Source: Candidatus Ratteibacteria bacterium (GTDB taxonomy: Bacteria > Ratteibacteria > UBA8468 > B48-G9 > JAFGKM01). From it: a DNA stretch of 64,000 nt. Below, in pieces: positions 39,402 through 48,988 of the stretch. Numbering within the stretch: position 1 is the first letter of the stretch; every line of letters starts with the position of its first letter. Position numbers and translations under genes: made by a program. The stretch covers positions 24,785-88,784 of the forward strand of contig JBKBIN010000004.1 in NCBI GenBank assembly GCA_046296715.1, in the 5' to 3' direction. A model generated the notes under the pieces. It searched no databases, was not told where the DNA came from, and was given only the letters and a program-made list of their open reading frames with translations.

Positions 39402-41777
39402 TTAAATATCAAGATTTTTAACTTCTCTTGCATATTTTTCAATAAATTCTCTTCTTGGCTCAACAAGTTCTCCCATAAGAACTGTGAATATTTCTTCTGC
39501 TTTTATTGCATCTTCAACTGTAATCTTTTTTAATCTTCTTGTTTGTGGATTCATAGTTGTTTCCCATAGTTGTTCTGGATTCATTTCTCCAAGTCCCTTA
39601 TATCTCTGTATTGTAAAACCTGCTTTTTCTTTTTCCTTTATTTTCTCATATATTTCAATTATAGAAACTCTTTCTTCTTTTCCTTTCTCATCTCTTATTA
39701 TAAAAATTTTTTCCAAAATTTTATCTAATTTTGTTTTTGTTTCTTCTAATTTTTTGAAAATTTTTTGTAATTCTTTTGATTCATATATTTCATAAAGTTT
39801 GTATTTTTTGTCTTCACTCTTTGAAAAGAGATCAAATTCTTCTCCTTTTTGGTTTAAATATTTGGTTACTTCTTCTTCATCAATAAAAAACAGTTCCTCA
39901 TTATTGTATTTAAGAAAATATGCTGGCATTTTTTTATTTTTGCTATAAAAAGAGATTATTTTTTTAATATCAATACCTTTTAATGTTAAAGTTTTTATTA
40001 TTTCTGAAAGTTTTTTACTAATTTCAAAAATTGTAGAAATTTGCTCATTGTATTCAATCAATTTTGAATCATAACTTACAAAAATTTTTACTCTTTCTGT
40101 AGCGAATTGAACGAGAATTTTGTCAAGTTCATTTTCAGTATTTATGTAAAATTCTTTTTTGCCCTTTTTTACTTTATAAAGCGGTGGTTCGGCTATATAT
40201 ACATATCCATGTTTTATGAGGTCTGTCATTTGTCTATAAAAAAAGGTTAAAAGTAATGTTTTTATATGTGCTCCATCAATATCTGCATCTGTCATTATTA
40301 TAATTTTATGATATCTTACCTTACTTATATCAAAATCATCTCCAACTCCTCCTCCTATAGCACTTATTATTGTTTTAATCTCATCATTGTTTAAAACTTT
40401 TTCTAAAGACGCTTTTTCTGTATTTATTATCTTTCCTTTTAATGGTAAAATTGCCTGAAAAGTTCTATCTCTGCCCTGCTTAGCACTCCCACCTGCAGAG
40501 TCACCCTCAACTATAAATAATTCCCTTTTTTCAGGTTCTTTTATTGAACAATCTGCAAGTTTGCCAGGAAGTGCTCCGGTTTCAAGTAATTTTTTTCTTG
40601 TTAATTCTCTTGCTTTTCTTGCTGCTTCTCTTGCTTTTGCAGTTGCTATACACTTATTTAAAATTTCTCTGCCTGCTTCTGGATTTTCTTCAAGAAATGT
40701 TAGAACACTCTCGTAAATAATCCCTTCAACAATAAATCTAACTTTTGAATTTCCAAGTTTTGCTTTTGTTTGTCCTTCAAATTGTGGTTCTGGCAACTTA
40801 ACAGCAATTATTCCAGTTAAACCTTCTTTCACATCTTCTCCTGTTAAACTAATATTTTCAAGAAATTTATTATTTTTTCCATATTCATTTAATGCCCTTG
40901 TTAATCCGCTTCTAAAACCTGTTAAATGTGTTCCTCCTTCTCGTGTATTAACATTATTTGCAAATGAAATAACTGTTTCACTGTATCCATCATTGTACTG
41001 AAAAACAGATTCAATTTCTATATCCTCTTCTGTTTTTTTGATATAAAATGGTTTGGAATGAAGGACTTTTTTATTTTTATTGAGATATTCTACAAATGAA
41101 ATTAAGCCGCCTTCATATTTAAACTCTTCTTTTATGTTTTTTCTTTCGTCTAAAAATGTAATTTTTATGCCAGCGTTTAAGAAAGCAAGTTCTTTTAGTC
41201 GAGCAATTAAAATATTCTCATCAAAAACTATTGTCTCAAAGATTTCCTCATCTGGTTTAAAAGTTACCTTTGTTCCTGTTTTTTCTGTTTTGCCTATAAC
41301 TTTTAAAGATGTAACAGGTTTTCCTCTTTCATATTTTTGATAATATATTTTCCCTTCTCTTTTTACTTCAACTTCAAGATATTCTGAAAGTGCATTAACA
41401 ACAGATACTCCTACACCATGTAATCCTCCAGAAACCTTATAAACTTTTTTATCAAATTTACCACCAGCATGCAATGTAGTCATTACAACTTCTACTGCTG
41501 GTTTTTTTTCTGTTGCATGCAGGTCAACAGGAATTCCTCTTCCATTATCTTCTACTGTTACAGTATTATCTGAATGTATAATTACATTTATTTCAGTACA
41601 AAAACCAGCCATTGCTTCATCTATACTATTGTCAACAACTTCAAAAACAAGATGATGAAGTCCTCCTATTGATGTATCCCCAATATACATTGCGGGTCTT
41701 TTTCTTACTGCTTCTATTCCTCCAAGGACCTGTATTGAGGAAGCATCATAAGTACTAAGATTTTTTTTGTTTTCCAT
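39402..41777 (-). CDS. gyrB: DNA gyrase subunit B (with TOPRIM insertion)
   Basis: [47 protein letters not shown]. Confidence 0.98.
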   Translation of the reverse strand: MENKKNLSTYDASSIQVLGGIEAVRKRPAMYIGDTSIGGLHHLVFEVVDNSIDEAMAGFCTEINVIIHSDNTVTVEDNGRGIPVDLHATEKKPAVEVVMTTLHAGGKFDKKVYKVSGGLHGVGVSVVNALSEYLEVEVKREGKIYYQKYERGKPVTSLKVIGKTEKTGTKVTFKPDEEIFETIVFDENILIARLKELAFLNAGIKITFLDERKNIKEEFKYEGGLISFVEYLNKNKKVLHSKPFYIKKTEEDIEIESVFQYNDGYSETVISFANNVNTREGGTHLTGFRSGLTRALNEYGKNNKFLENISLTGEDVKEGLTGIIAVKLPEPQFEGQTKAKLGNSKVRFIVEGIIYESVLTFLEENPEAGREILNKCIATAKAREAARKARELTRKKLLETGALPGKLADCSIKEPEKRELFIVEGDSAGGSAKQGRDRTFQAILPLKGKIINTEKASLEKVLNNDEIKTIISAIGGGVGDDFDISKVRYHKIIIMTDADIDGAHIKTLLLTFFYRQMTDLIKHGYVYIAEPPLYKVKKGKKEFYINTENELDKILVQFATERVKIFVSYDSKLIEYNEQISTIFEISKKLSEIIKTLTLKGIDIKKIISFYSKNKKMPAYFLKYNNEELFFIDEEEVTKYLNQKGEEFDLFSKSEDKKYKLYEIYESKELQKIFKKLEETKTKLDKILEKIFIIRDEKGKEERVSIIEIYEKIKEKEKAGFTIQRYKGLGEMNPEQLWETTMNPQTRRLKKITVEDAIKAEEIFTVLMGELVEPRREFIEKYAREVKNLDI

Positions 41778-41805
41778 TAAAAGAAACCTCCATTTTTAAC
41801 AAATT

Positions 41806-41834
41806 ATTTTATCATTTTTTCCATTCTCTGTCAA
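41806..41834 (-). promoter_or_regulatory. Putative sigma70 promoter of gyrB
   Basis: TTGACA-N17-TAAAAT with extended -10 (TGA TAAAAT). Confidence 0.65.
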
Positions 41835-41888
41835 AAGAAAATAAAGTGTTTAAATATTTTTTAGGAGTAAAAAGTAGGGATGAAAAAT

Positions 41889-42362
41889 TTATTTTTGTTC
41901 AACTATTTGGTGCGTGTATTCTCTATATATTTCTTTTATTTTCTTATTTGTTTCAGGATCTATAAAATCAGGATTTATTTCTAAAAGAGGCCTTAATACA
42001 AAAATTCTTTTTCTATATTCAGGATGAGGGATTATAATTTTTTTGGTTTTAAATTTCTTCCCTTCATAAAAGATTATATCAAAATCAATTTCTCTGGCTT
42101 CTCCTTTTTTATGAGGAAATTTTCTTCCAATTTTTTTCTCAACATCCTTCAATTTTTCTAAAAGTTGTTCAGGTGATAAATTTGTCTCAATTTCTATAGC
42201 ACCATTTAGAAAAAAACCACCTTTTGCATTAACAGGTGGGTTTTCAAAAAAAGAAGATATTTTTTTTATTTTAAGAAATTTTTCAATCTCTTTTAATCCC
42301 CTCTTTATATTTTTTATTCTATCACCTTTATTACTTCCAATTGCAATATAAACTTTTTTCAT
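41889..42362 (-). CDS. folK: 2-amino-4-hydroxy-6-hydroxymethyldihydropteridine diphosphokinase
   Basis: YIAIGSNKG, FLN, REIDFDII, IPHP...R.FVL.PL. Confidence 0.92.
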   Translation of the reverse strand: MKKVYIAIGSNKGDRIKNIKRGLKEIEKFLKIKKISSFFENPPVNAKGGFFLNGAIEIETNLSPEQLLEKLKDVEKKIGRKFPHKKGEAREIDFDIIFYEGKKFKTKKIIIPHPEYRKRIFVLRPLLEINPDFIDPETNKKIKEIYREYTHQIVEQK

Positions 42363-42369
42363 TTCTTTA

Positions 42370-43395
42370 CTATTTAGTCAAGAAAAGATTAAATAAAGCT
42401 GGAGGATTTTTATATTTCCTTTTAGGTTTTTTGTCAAAGTTTACTGCAAGAAAAAAAGAGAACGTTTTTTCATATTCATAATTTTCATCCATAAAAGGGT
42501 CAAAGATAAATAAAAATCTTGCATTTTCTTCATAAATCAATTGTTTTAAAATATCTTTTGATATAGTTTCAAAATTTTTTACCCAGATTGAAGGTGTTTC
42601 ATTTGGATTAAGAGTAAAATCAAACCAGTAAAATGATTGATTTTTTGAATTTAAAATACTCTCTATTTTTTCAAATCCAAAAAATCTTCTCAATCCTTCC
42701 ATAATCTCAGAATTTGAAAAGTAAAAAGTATCTCTACCAATTCTTTCTGAAAAAACAATTTTTTCGCTAAATTTCCCCATCCCATAAAGGTATAAGAAAT
42801 TTGCAGAAATTTCATTTAGATCAATCCTGATTTTGTTTATAGGATGAAAATTTAAAATTTTTAGTGAATTTTCCATAATTTTATTAACTTTTTCAAATCT
42901 TTCATTTTTAAATTTGATTTCATTAAGATTTTTGTTTCTGATTTTATTTGGAAAATTATTTTCTAAAAAAGGTAAATCTTCAGAAATTTTTAAAATTATA
43001 TCCTTTTCGTAAACATAAAATTCAATTTTTTCGTTTTCTTTTTTTATTTCTTCAATCAGTTTTTCTTTTTCCTTAAAATTTAAATTTACATTAGTTTCAA
43101 TAATTTTATTTTCAAAAGTAGATACAAACTTACATAGAAAAAAAATTTCGTTTTCCTTAAAAGGAATTGAATATTTTAAAGCACGTAAGAAAGCATATCC
43201 AGGAAAAGAGGTATCAGAAATTAAAAATTTAAAATAACTTTTTTCAATTGTTTTATCAAAAAGAAGATAACCCCATTGTCCTTTTTCCATAAACAATTCA
43301 AAGTTATCTTTTTTTGCATGTTCAAATAATGTTTTTTGTCCCCTTTTTTTAAAAAGTTCTAAATATCCATGGAGAGTAAAAAGAATAAGTTTCAT
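42370..43395 (-). CDS. Degenerate ApgM-like (cofactor-independent phosphoglycerate mutase fold) protein
   Basis: HPINKIR....ISANFLYLYGMG and TLFEHAK..NF....EKG..G resemble ApgM scaffold motifs; metal ligands appear absent. Confidence 0.6.
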   Translation of the reverse strand: MKLILFTLHGYLELFKKRGQKTLFEHAKKDNFELFMEKGQWGYLLFDKTIEKSYFKFLISDTSFPGYAFLRALKYSIPFKENEIFFLCKFVSTFENKIIETNVNLNFKEKEKLIEEIKKENEKIEFYVYEKDIILKISEDLPFLENNFPNKIRNKNLNEIKFKNERFEKVNKIMENSLKILNFHPINKIRIDLNEISANFLYLYGMGKFSEKIVFSERIGRDTFYFSNSEIMEGLRRFFGFEKIESILNSKNQSFYWFDFTLNPNETPSIWVKNFETISKDILKQLIYEENARFLFIFDPFMDENYEYEKTFSFFLAVNFDKKPKRKYKNPPALFNLFLTK

Positions 43396-44690
43396 ATTTC
43401 TTTTTCAATATATTTGAAGATTTTATCAATGTTCTTTAAAAGTTGTTTAAGGTCAAAAATCCTGTCAAACTCATCCTCTTTTATATATTTTTTTATAAAA
43501 TTATCTTTTTTAACAAGTTCACAAAAATCAATTTTTTTCTCTATGGATTCAAACGATATTTTTTGGATTTTTTCATATGCTTCCTTTCTTGAAATCCCTT
43601 TTAAGACAAGATAGTTTAATAATTTTTGTGAAAAATAAACATTATTCAAAATTTTTAAGTTGTCTTCCATATTCTTTATATTTATTTCCATACCATCAAC
43701 TATTTTTATTAATAAGTTCAATATATAGTCAAGGAGAATTGTTGATTCAGGTAATATTAATCTTTCTGCAGAAGAATGGCTTATATCTCTTTCATGCCAA
43801 AGAGCAACATTTTCTAATGCAACGTTTACATTTTTCTTTATTATTCTTGAAAGTCCACATATTCTTTCACATAAAATAGGATTTCTTTTATGAGGCATAG
43901 CAGAAGAACCTTTTTGTTTTTCTCCAAATGGTTCAAAAATTTCTGATATTTCTGTTTGTTGTAAGAGTCGGAATTGTAAAGCAATTTTTTCACAAGAAGA
44001 AGAAATAACTCCAAGAACGGAAATAAAATAAGCATATCTATCTCTTGAAATTATCTGTGTTGAAAACTTTTCCCTTTTTAAATTAAATTTATTACATACG
44101 AATTCTTCAACTTCTGGCTCTATATTTGAAAATGTTCCAACAGCACCTGATATTTTTCCAACACTTATTTCTTCAATTGCTCTTTCAATTCTTTCTTTGT
44201 TTCTTAAAAATTCAAAATACCATGTCCCTATTTTAAAACCTAAGGTTATTGGTTCAGCATGAATTCCATGAGTTCTTCCAATCATACAAATATTTTTGTA
44301 TTGAATGGCTTTCTTTTTTAAAACTTTAAGCAAATTTTTTATATCATCCAAAATTATATTTCCTGCCTCTCTTAAAATTAAAGCAAAAGAAGTATCAATA
44401 ATATCAGAAGAAGTAAGTCCAAGGTGAATATATTTCCCTTCCTCTCCTACAGTTTCACTTATTTGTTCTATAAAAGCAATAACATCATGATGTGTAATTT
44501 TTTCTATTTCATTTATTCTTTCAATATTAACTTTTGCTTTTTCTTTAACTTTTTCTACAACATCAACAGGTATAACTCCAATTTTACTCCATCCTTCAAG
44601 GACAGCTATTTCTACTTCAAGATATTTTTTAAACTTATTTTCTTCACTCCATATTTCTGCCATTTCTTTTCTTGTATATCTTGGAATCAT
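43392..44690 (-). CDS. purB: Adenylosuccinate lyase
   Basis: HDVIAF, HLGLTSSD, GRTHG, GSSAMPHKRNP, ERDISHSS. Confidence 0.97.
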   Translation of the reverse strand: MIPRYTRKEMAEIWSEENKFKKYLEVEIAVLEGWSKIGVIPVDVVEKVKEKAKVNIERINEIEKITHHDVIAFIEQISETVGEEGKYIHLGLTSSDIIDTSFALILREAGNIILDDIKNLLKVLKKKAIQYKNICMIGRTHGIHAEPITLGFKIGTWYFEFLRNKERIERAIEEISVGKISGAVGTFSNIEPEVEEFVCNKFNLKREKFSTQIISRDRYAYFISVLGVISSSCEKIALQFRLLQQTEISEIFEPFGEKQKGSSAMPHKRNPILCERICGLSRIIKKNVNVALENVALWHERDISHSSAERLILPESTILLDYILNLLIKIVDGMEINIKNMEDNLKILNNVYFSQKLLNYLVLKGISRKEAYEKIQKISFESIEKKIDFCELVKKDNFIKKYIKEDEFDRIFDLKQLLKNIDKIFKYIEKEI

Positions 44691-44703
44691 TTATCACCTC
44701 CTG

Positions 44704-44750
44704 AAAAATTATATATTAAAAATTATATATTATTGATATTTAACTTGCAA
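44704..44750 (-). promoter_or_regulatory. Putative purB promoter with 2 x 14-bp tandem repeat duplicating the -10 box
   Basis: TTGCAA-N17-TATAAT; AAAAATTATATATT at 44704-44717 and 44718-44731. Confidence 0.55.
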
Positions 44751-44756
44751 GATTAA

Positions 44757-45503
44757 TTAAGGGATAAGAAAAAATTTAAAAATAAGATACAACAAAAATA
44801 AAAACAAAATCACTGAAAGATATAAAGGCAGAAATTTAATTATAATGAATATCACTAATACGATTATTGGTGAAGTTAAAAGAAAAGTAATATATTTTTT
44901 CGTTTTTTTTATATCATTTACAATAGATTTCATAACATCCTTTTCCTCACCACAATTTTTACATTTCTTTTGCTCCCCAGAATTCTCTTCTCCACAGTTT
45001 CTACAGAGCCATATTTCTCCTTCTTTTATTTTATTCTCTCTTTCTGAAACTAATATTTTATGCTTAAGTAAAGGTAAATCTTTAATTTTATATGCAGTTT
45101 TGTAAAATTCAAGTGCTTGTAAATACTCTTCTTTTTTGAAATAAATATCTCCAAGTTCAATATATGCTTTATAATTGTTTGGTTGTTGAGATATTATTTT
45201 TTTTAATTCATTAATTCTTTTGGTTTCCAATTTTTCTGTTAGAAGTTTTTCTTTTTTTTCTTGTAAAAAATGAATAAAAATAAATCCTGAAAATGGAATG
45301 AAGATTGAAACTAAGGAAACTTTTAAAATAGTTATTATTATACTCACAATAAAAAGAATAGAAAAAATTGCCATTTCTTGATATGTTAAATCTTTCTCCA
45401 TCAACTTTTCAAAAAAAATGAAATAAAATTCTATTCCAAGAACTATAAGAATAAATCCAAGTTTTAATCCTAAAAAATATCCAGAACCCCAATAATTAAG
45501 CAT
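44757..45503 (-). CDS. Membrane protein with TPR and RanBP2-like zinc ribbon
   Basis: About 3 TM, TPR (AYIELGDIYF...ALEFY), WLCRNCGEEN....KKCKNCG, 2 C-terminal TM. Confidence 0.75.
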   Translation of the reverse strand: MLNYWGSGYFLGLKLGFILIVLGIEFYFIFFEKLMEKDLTYQEMAIFSILFIVSIIITILKVSLVSIFIPFSGFIFIHFLQEKKEKLLTEKLETKRINELKKIISQQPNNYKAYIELGDIYFKKEEYLQALEFYKTAYKIKDLPLLKHKILVSERENKIKEGEIWLCRNCGEENSGEQKKCKNCGEEKDVMKSIVNDIKKTKKYITFLLTSPIIVLVIFIIIKFLPLYLSVILFLFLLYLIFKFFLIP

Positions 45504-46419
45504 TTTTATAAATTTTTAATATTTTTTCAACCGCTTCCTGCTCATTTGAAAAGTTTATAAATATCCCTTTTTCTTTTTTAAACCATATAAATTGTTTCCT
45601 TGCATATTCTTTTGTTCTTTTTATAATTATTTTTTTCAACTCCTCAAATCCAATCTTGTTATCCAAAAATTCAAGTATCTCATTATATCCGATAGGTGCT
45701 TTTATATTTAAATATTTTTCAAAACTCTCTTCTTTTAACTTTTTGACTTCTTCTATCCATCCATTTTCAAACATCTTTTTAATCCTTTCTTCTATTCTTT
45801 GATAAATTTCTTTTCTATCTCTCATTAAGATAAAATACAAAATTTTTCCAAGATCTTTTAATGTTTTTTCAGATTTTTGACTTCTCCAATAAGTCATATT
45901 TTTCCCTGTTAATTCGTATATTTCAATTGCTCTTTTAATTCTGTATCTATCATTTGGATGAATTTTTTGGGCAATGATTGGATCGATCTCTTTTAATCTT
46001 TGATAAAGGTCATCAGTAGGTATTTTTTCAAGTCTTTCTCTTATTTCTTTTTGTCTACTTTTTAATTCAGGAGATAAACTGAATATACCATTTAGGAGAA
46101 CTCTTATGTAAAAACCACTACCACCAACAATCATTGGAACCTTTTCCTTTGAAATTATTTCTTTAACTTTTTCAAAAACCATACTTGAATATTGATAAAC
46201 ATCAAAATCTTCTTTTAAGGAAAGAAAATCAATAAAATAATGTGGGATTTTTTCTCTCATTAATAAAGAAGGTTTGTCAGTTCCGATATTTATTTCTTTG
46301 TAAAACTGTCTACTATCACAAGAGATAATTTCACCATTTACTTTTTCTGCTATATTAAAAGATATTTGTGTTTTTCCAGAGGCAGTAGGACCTCCTATAA
46401 TAAGAATTTTATGATTCAT
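45496..46419 (-). CDS. miaA: tRNA dimethylallyltransferase
   Basis: GPTASGKT, DSRQFY..INIGTDK, VGGSGFY, HPND, IGY, YARKQ..WF. Confidence 0.96.
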   Translation of the reverse strand: MNHKILIIGGPTASGKTQISFNIAEKVNGEIISCDSRQFYKEINIGTDKPSLLMREKIPHYFIDFLSLKEDFDVYQYSSMVFEKVKEIISKEKVPMIVGGSGFYIRVLLNGIFSLSPELKSRQKEIRERLEKIPTDDLYQRLKEIDPIIAQKIHPNDRYRIKRAIEIYELTGKNMTYWRSQKSEKTLKDLGKILYFILMRDRKEIYQRIEERIKKMFENGWIEEVKKLKEESFEKYLNIKAPIGYNEILEFLDNKIGFEELKKIIIKRTKEYARKQFIWFKKEKGIFINFSNEQEAVEKILKIYKNA

Positions 46420-46430
46420 TTAGGATTGAA

Positions 46431-47291
46431 TTAAAATAAACTTCCACGCTTTCCAGTTCTTTTTTCTATTTCTATAAGTTGTTTACCATATTCAAATCCA
46501 GCAATCGCAATTGGGTCATCACTTCTTAAAGTTCTACTTTTTGTATGGTCAGGATTATAAAATTCTCTTTTCTCAAGAGATGTAAGAAATCTATTTTTAA
46601 AATCATCAAAACTTTCTCCATAAATATGATAAGAATCAGAAATATCAACATACTGGCCAACCTTAACTTCTTTTTTTATCTTTTTTGAAATTTCTTCTGC
46701 AATATATTTTTGAAGAGAAGTTAAACCAAATAAGTTCATAAAAGCAGCTCTGTAAGCATCTCTTGAACGCCAATGTGTATTCATATTTAAAAAAAGTTCA
46801 CCATCTTTTTCTGTAATTCTACACCATATTCTTTGTAAACAAGGAGGATCATAGGTAAAAGGATCATAAAATGGTATCCATGTAATGCCCTGTGCTCTTC
46901 TTGTATAAGAAGTTTCTGAAAGTTTATTTATTATATAATCTATTTGATTAACTTTATCTTCTTTACCAGGAATCCGATAGTTTGCAAGGCGATCATGATA
47001 AGTATAAGTCCATTTTTTTTCTTCTGGATTAATCCATGAATCGTGTATCCCATAAACAACCTCTTGTTTGTATTTTTCAAGATCTTCAATACCACCTGGA
47101 AAGGCAAGATGTATTCTTGGTTCTGCAAATGGATTTTTTACAACCATTATCATTGTGCAATCTTTACTTGGTGGATTGCTTTCTTTATCATATTCTGTTT
47201 TTATACTTATACCTTTTTCCCATAATTCAATCAAACTTTTTTCCCATACTTCTGGAATACTTTCGCCTTCAACTTTAATAACAGGTATCAT
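46431..47291 (-). CDS. thyA: Thymidylate synthase, archaeal-type
   Basis: YTYHDRL, TRRA, DPPCLQ, WRSRD.......N, SYHIY; start set at the ATGA overlap with polX. Confidence 0.75.
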   Translation of the reverse strand: MIPVIKVEGESIPEVWEKSLIELWEKGISIKTEYDKESNPPSKDCTMIMVVKNPFAEPRIHLAFPGGIEDLEKYKQEVVYGIHDSWINPEEKKWTYTYHDRLANYRIPGKEDKVNQIDYIINKLSETSYTRRAQGITWIPFYDPFTYDPPCLQRIWCRITEKDGELFLNMNTHWRSRDAYRAAFMNLFGLTSLQKYIAEEISKKIKKEVKVGQYVDISDSYHIYGESFDDFKNRFLTSLEKREFYNPDHTKSRTLRSDDPIAIAGFEYGKQLIEIEKRTGKRGSLF

Positions 47292-48988
47292 TGTCTCCTC
47301 CTCAATGGCATTTTCTCCCATTCGTAAGTATTTAAAATTTCATATTTTGTAAGCCATCCTCTTCTTGCCATACCTATTCCAAATTTTATATATTTCAACA
47401 TACCAACATTATGAGCATCTGTGCCTAATGCAAATTTTAGATTTCTTGTTTTACCTTTTAATATATTGACATCGTTTAGATCAAGGCGGTCTGGATAACA
47501 ATTTATTTCAAGAGCAACATTATATTTAGAAGCATATTCAATAATTTCATCAATATCAACCTCATAACCTTCTCTCCCACTTAAAAGACGACCTGTTGGA
47601 TGTGCAATTATATCAACAAATGGATTTTCAATTGCTTTTTTTATTCTTTCTGTCACGTTTTTTTTAAATCCTTGATGAATTGAAGCAATAACGAAATCAA
47701 GTTGTTCAAGAATTTTGTCTGAATAATCAAGAGAACCATCTGCAAGAATATCAACTTCCATCCCTTTTAAAACTTTTATGCCTTTTACTTTTTCATTAAC
47801 CCTATCTATTTCTTCGTTCCTTCTTTTTAGTTCATCTTCATCAAGGCCACCTGCTATCTTTGATGTTTTTGAATGATCACAAATTCCAATATATTCATAA
47901 CCAAGAGATTTTGCTTTAATTGCAATTTCTTCAATTGTTTCAACTCCGTCAGAATATTTTGAATGAATATGAAGATCCCCTTTTATATCTTTTTCTTCAA
48001 TCAAAACTGGTAATTTATTATTGAGTGCCGCCTCAATTTCACCTCTATCTTCTCTTATTTCAGGTGGTATCCAGACAAGTCCAAGAGTTTTATAAACATC
48101 CTCCTCTTTTTCTCCTGCTATTTTTTTATCATCTTTAAAAACACCATATTCACTAATTTTTAATCCTTTATCTTTAGCCATTGTTCTAAGTTTGATATTA
48201 TGTGCTTTTGAACCAGTAAAGTATTGAAGTGCTGCTCCAAATGAATCTGATGGAACTACTCTTAAGTCAACCTGTAGATTATTTGTTTGCACAATTACAG
48301 AAGCTTTTGTATCTCCTTTTGCAAGCACTTCCTTAACAGGCGGTAAAGAAACAAATTTTTCAATAATTTCAATATTATTTTTCCCTGTTGCAAGTATATC
48401 AATATCTCCTATCGTTTCTTTCATTCTTCTTAAAGAACCTGCTGGTTCAATTTTCTCTGTATAATTTTTTAGTTCATTTATAATCTCTTCAACTATCGGT
48501 AGCGCAATTCCAAGAGGAATTCTTTCTTTCCCTTGTTTATAAATTTCAATTCCTTTTTTAATATTTTCTACTTTTTTTTCACCCATTCTAAAAAGCTTTG
48601 CCAATCTTCCATCTTCTATAACCTTTTCAAGATCTTCTAAATTTTTAACTCCGAGTGTGTTATAGACAAGATTTAATGTTTTTGGTCCAAGATTAGGGAT
48701 TTCAAGTAGTTGTAATAATTCTTCAGGTATTCCTTCAATCGCTTCATAGTATTTTTTGATTTTACCTGTTTCTAAATATTCTGCAATTTTTTCAGCCATC
48801 CCTTTACCTATTCCTGGTATCTTTCGGATTTCTCCTCTTTTATATACCTCTTCTATATCTTCTGGATATTCTTTTAAAATTCTGCTTGCTTTTCTATAAG
48901 CAGTTATACGAAAAGGATCCTCTCCTTTAAATTCAAGAGCATCAGCAATTTTATCAAATATTTCTGCAATTTCCTGATTTTTATTCAT
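47288..48988 (-). CDS. polX: DNA polymerase/3'-5' exonuclease PolX (PolX + PHP)
   Basis: HhH (IPGIG), AGSLRR.KETIGDID, DLRVV, YFTGSK.HN, GDLHIHS..SDG, HPTGR, TDAH. Confidence 0.96.
   Translation of the reverse strand: MNKNQEIAEIFDKIADALEFKGEDPFRITAYRKASRILKEYPEDIEEVYKRGEIRKIPGIGKGMAEKIAEYLETGKIKKYYEAIEGIPEELLQLLEIPNLGPKTLNLVYNTLGVKNLEDLEKVIEDGRLAKLFRMGEKKVENIKKGIEIYKQGKERIPLGIALPIVEEIINELKNYTEKIEPAGSLRRMKETIGDIDILATGKNNIEIIEKFVSLPPVKEVLAKGDTKASVIVQTNNLQVDLRVVPSDSFGAALQYFTGSKAHNIKLRTMAKDKGLKISEYGVFKDDKKIAGEKEEDVYKTLGLVWIPPEIREDRGEIEAALNNKLPVLIEEKDIKGDLHIHSKYSDGVETIEEIAIKAKSLGYEYIGICDHSKTSKIAGGLDEDELKRRNEEIDRVNEKVKGIKVLKGMEVDILADGSLDYSDKILEQLDFVIASIHQGFKKNVTERIKKAIENPFVDIIAHPTGRLLSGREGYEVDIDEIIEYASKYNVALEINCYPDRLDLNDVNILKGKTRNLKFALGTDAHNVGMLKYIKFGIGMARRGWLTKYEILNTYEWEKMPLRRRQ

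Noticed and set aside
39620..40140. GyrB insertion as an intein
   Set aside because: No C/S...HN splice motifs; its position matches the known TOPRIM insertion of E. coli-type GyrB
46431..48988. ThyA-like plus PolX as a phage DNA-modification island
   Set aside because: Embedded among housekeeping genes of similar composition; no phage genes; the dUMP-type Asn is retained
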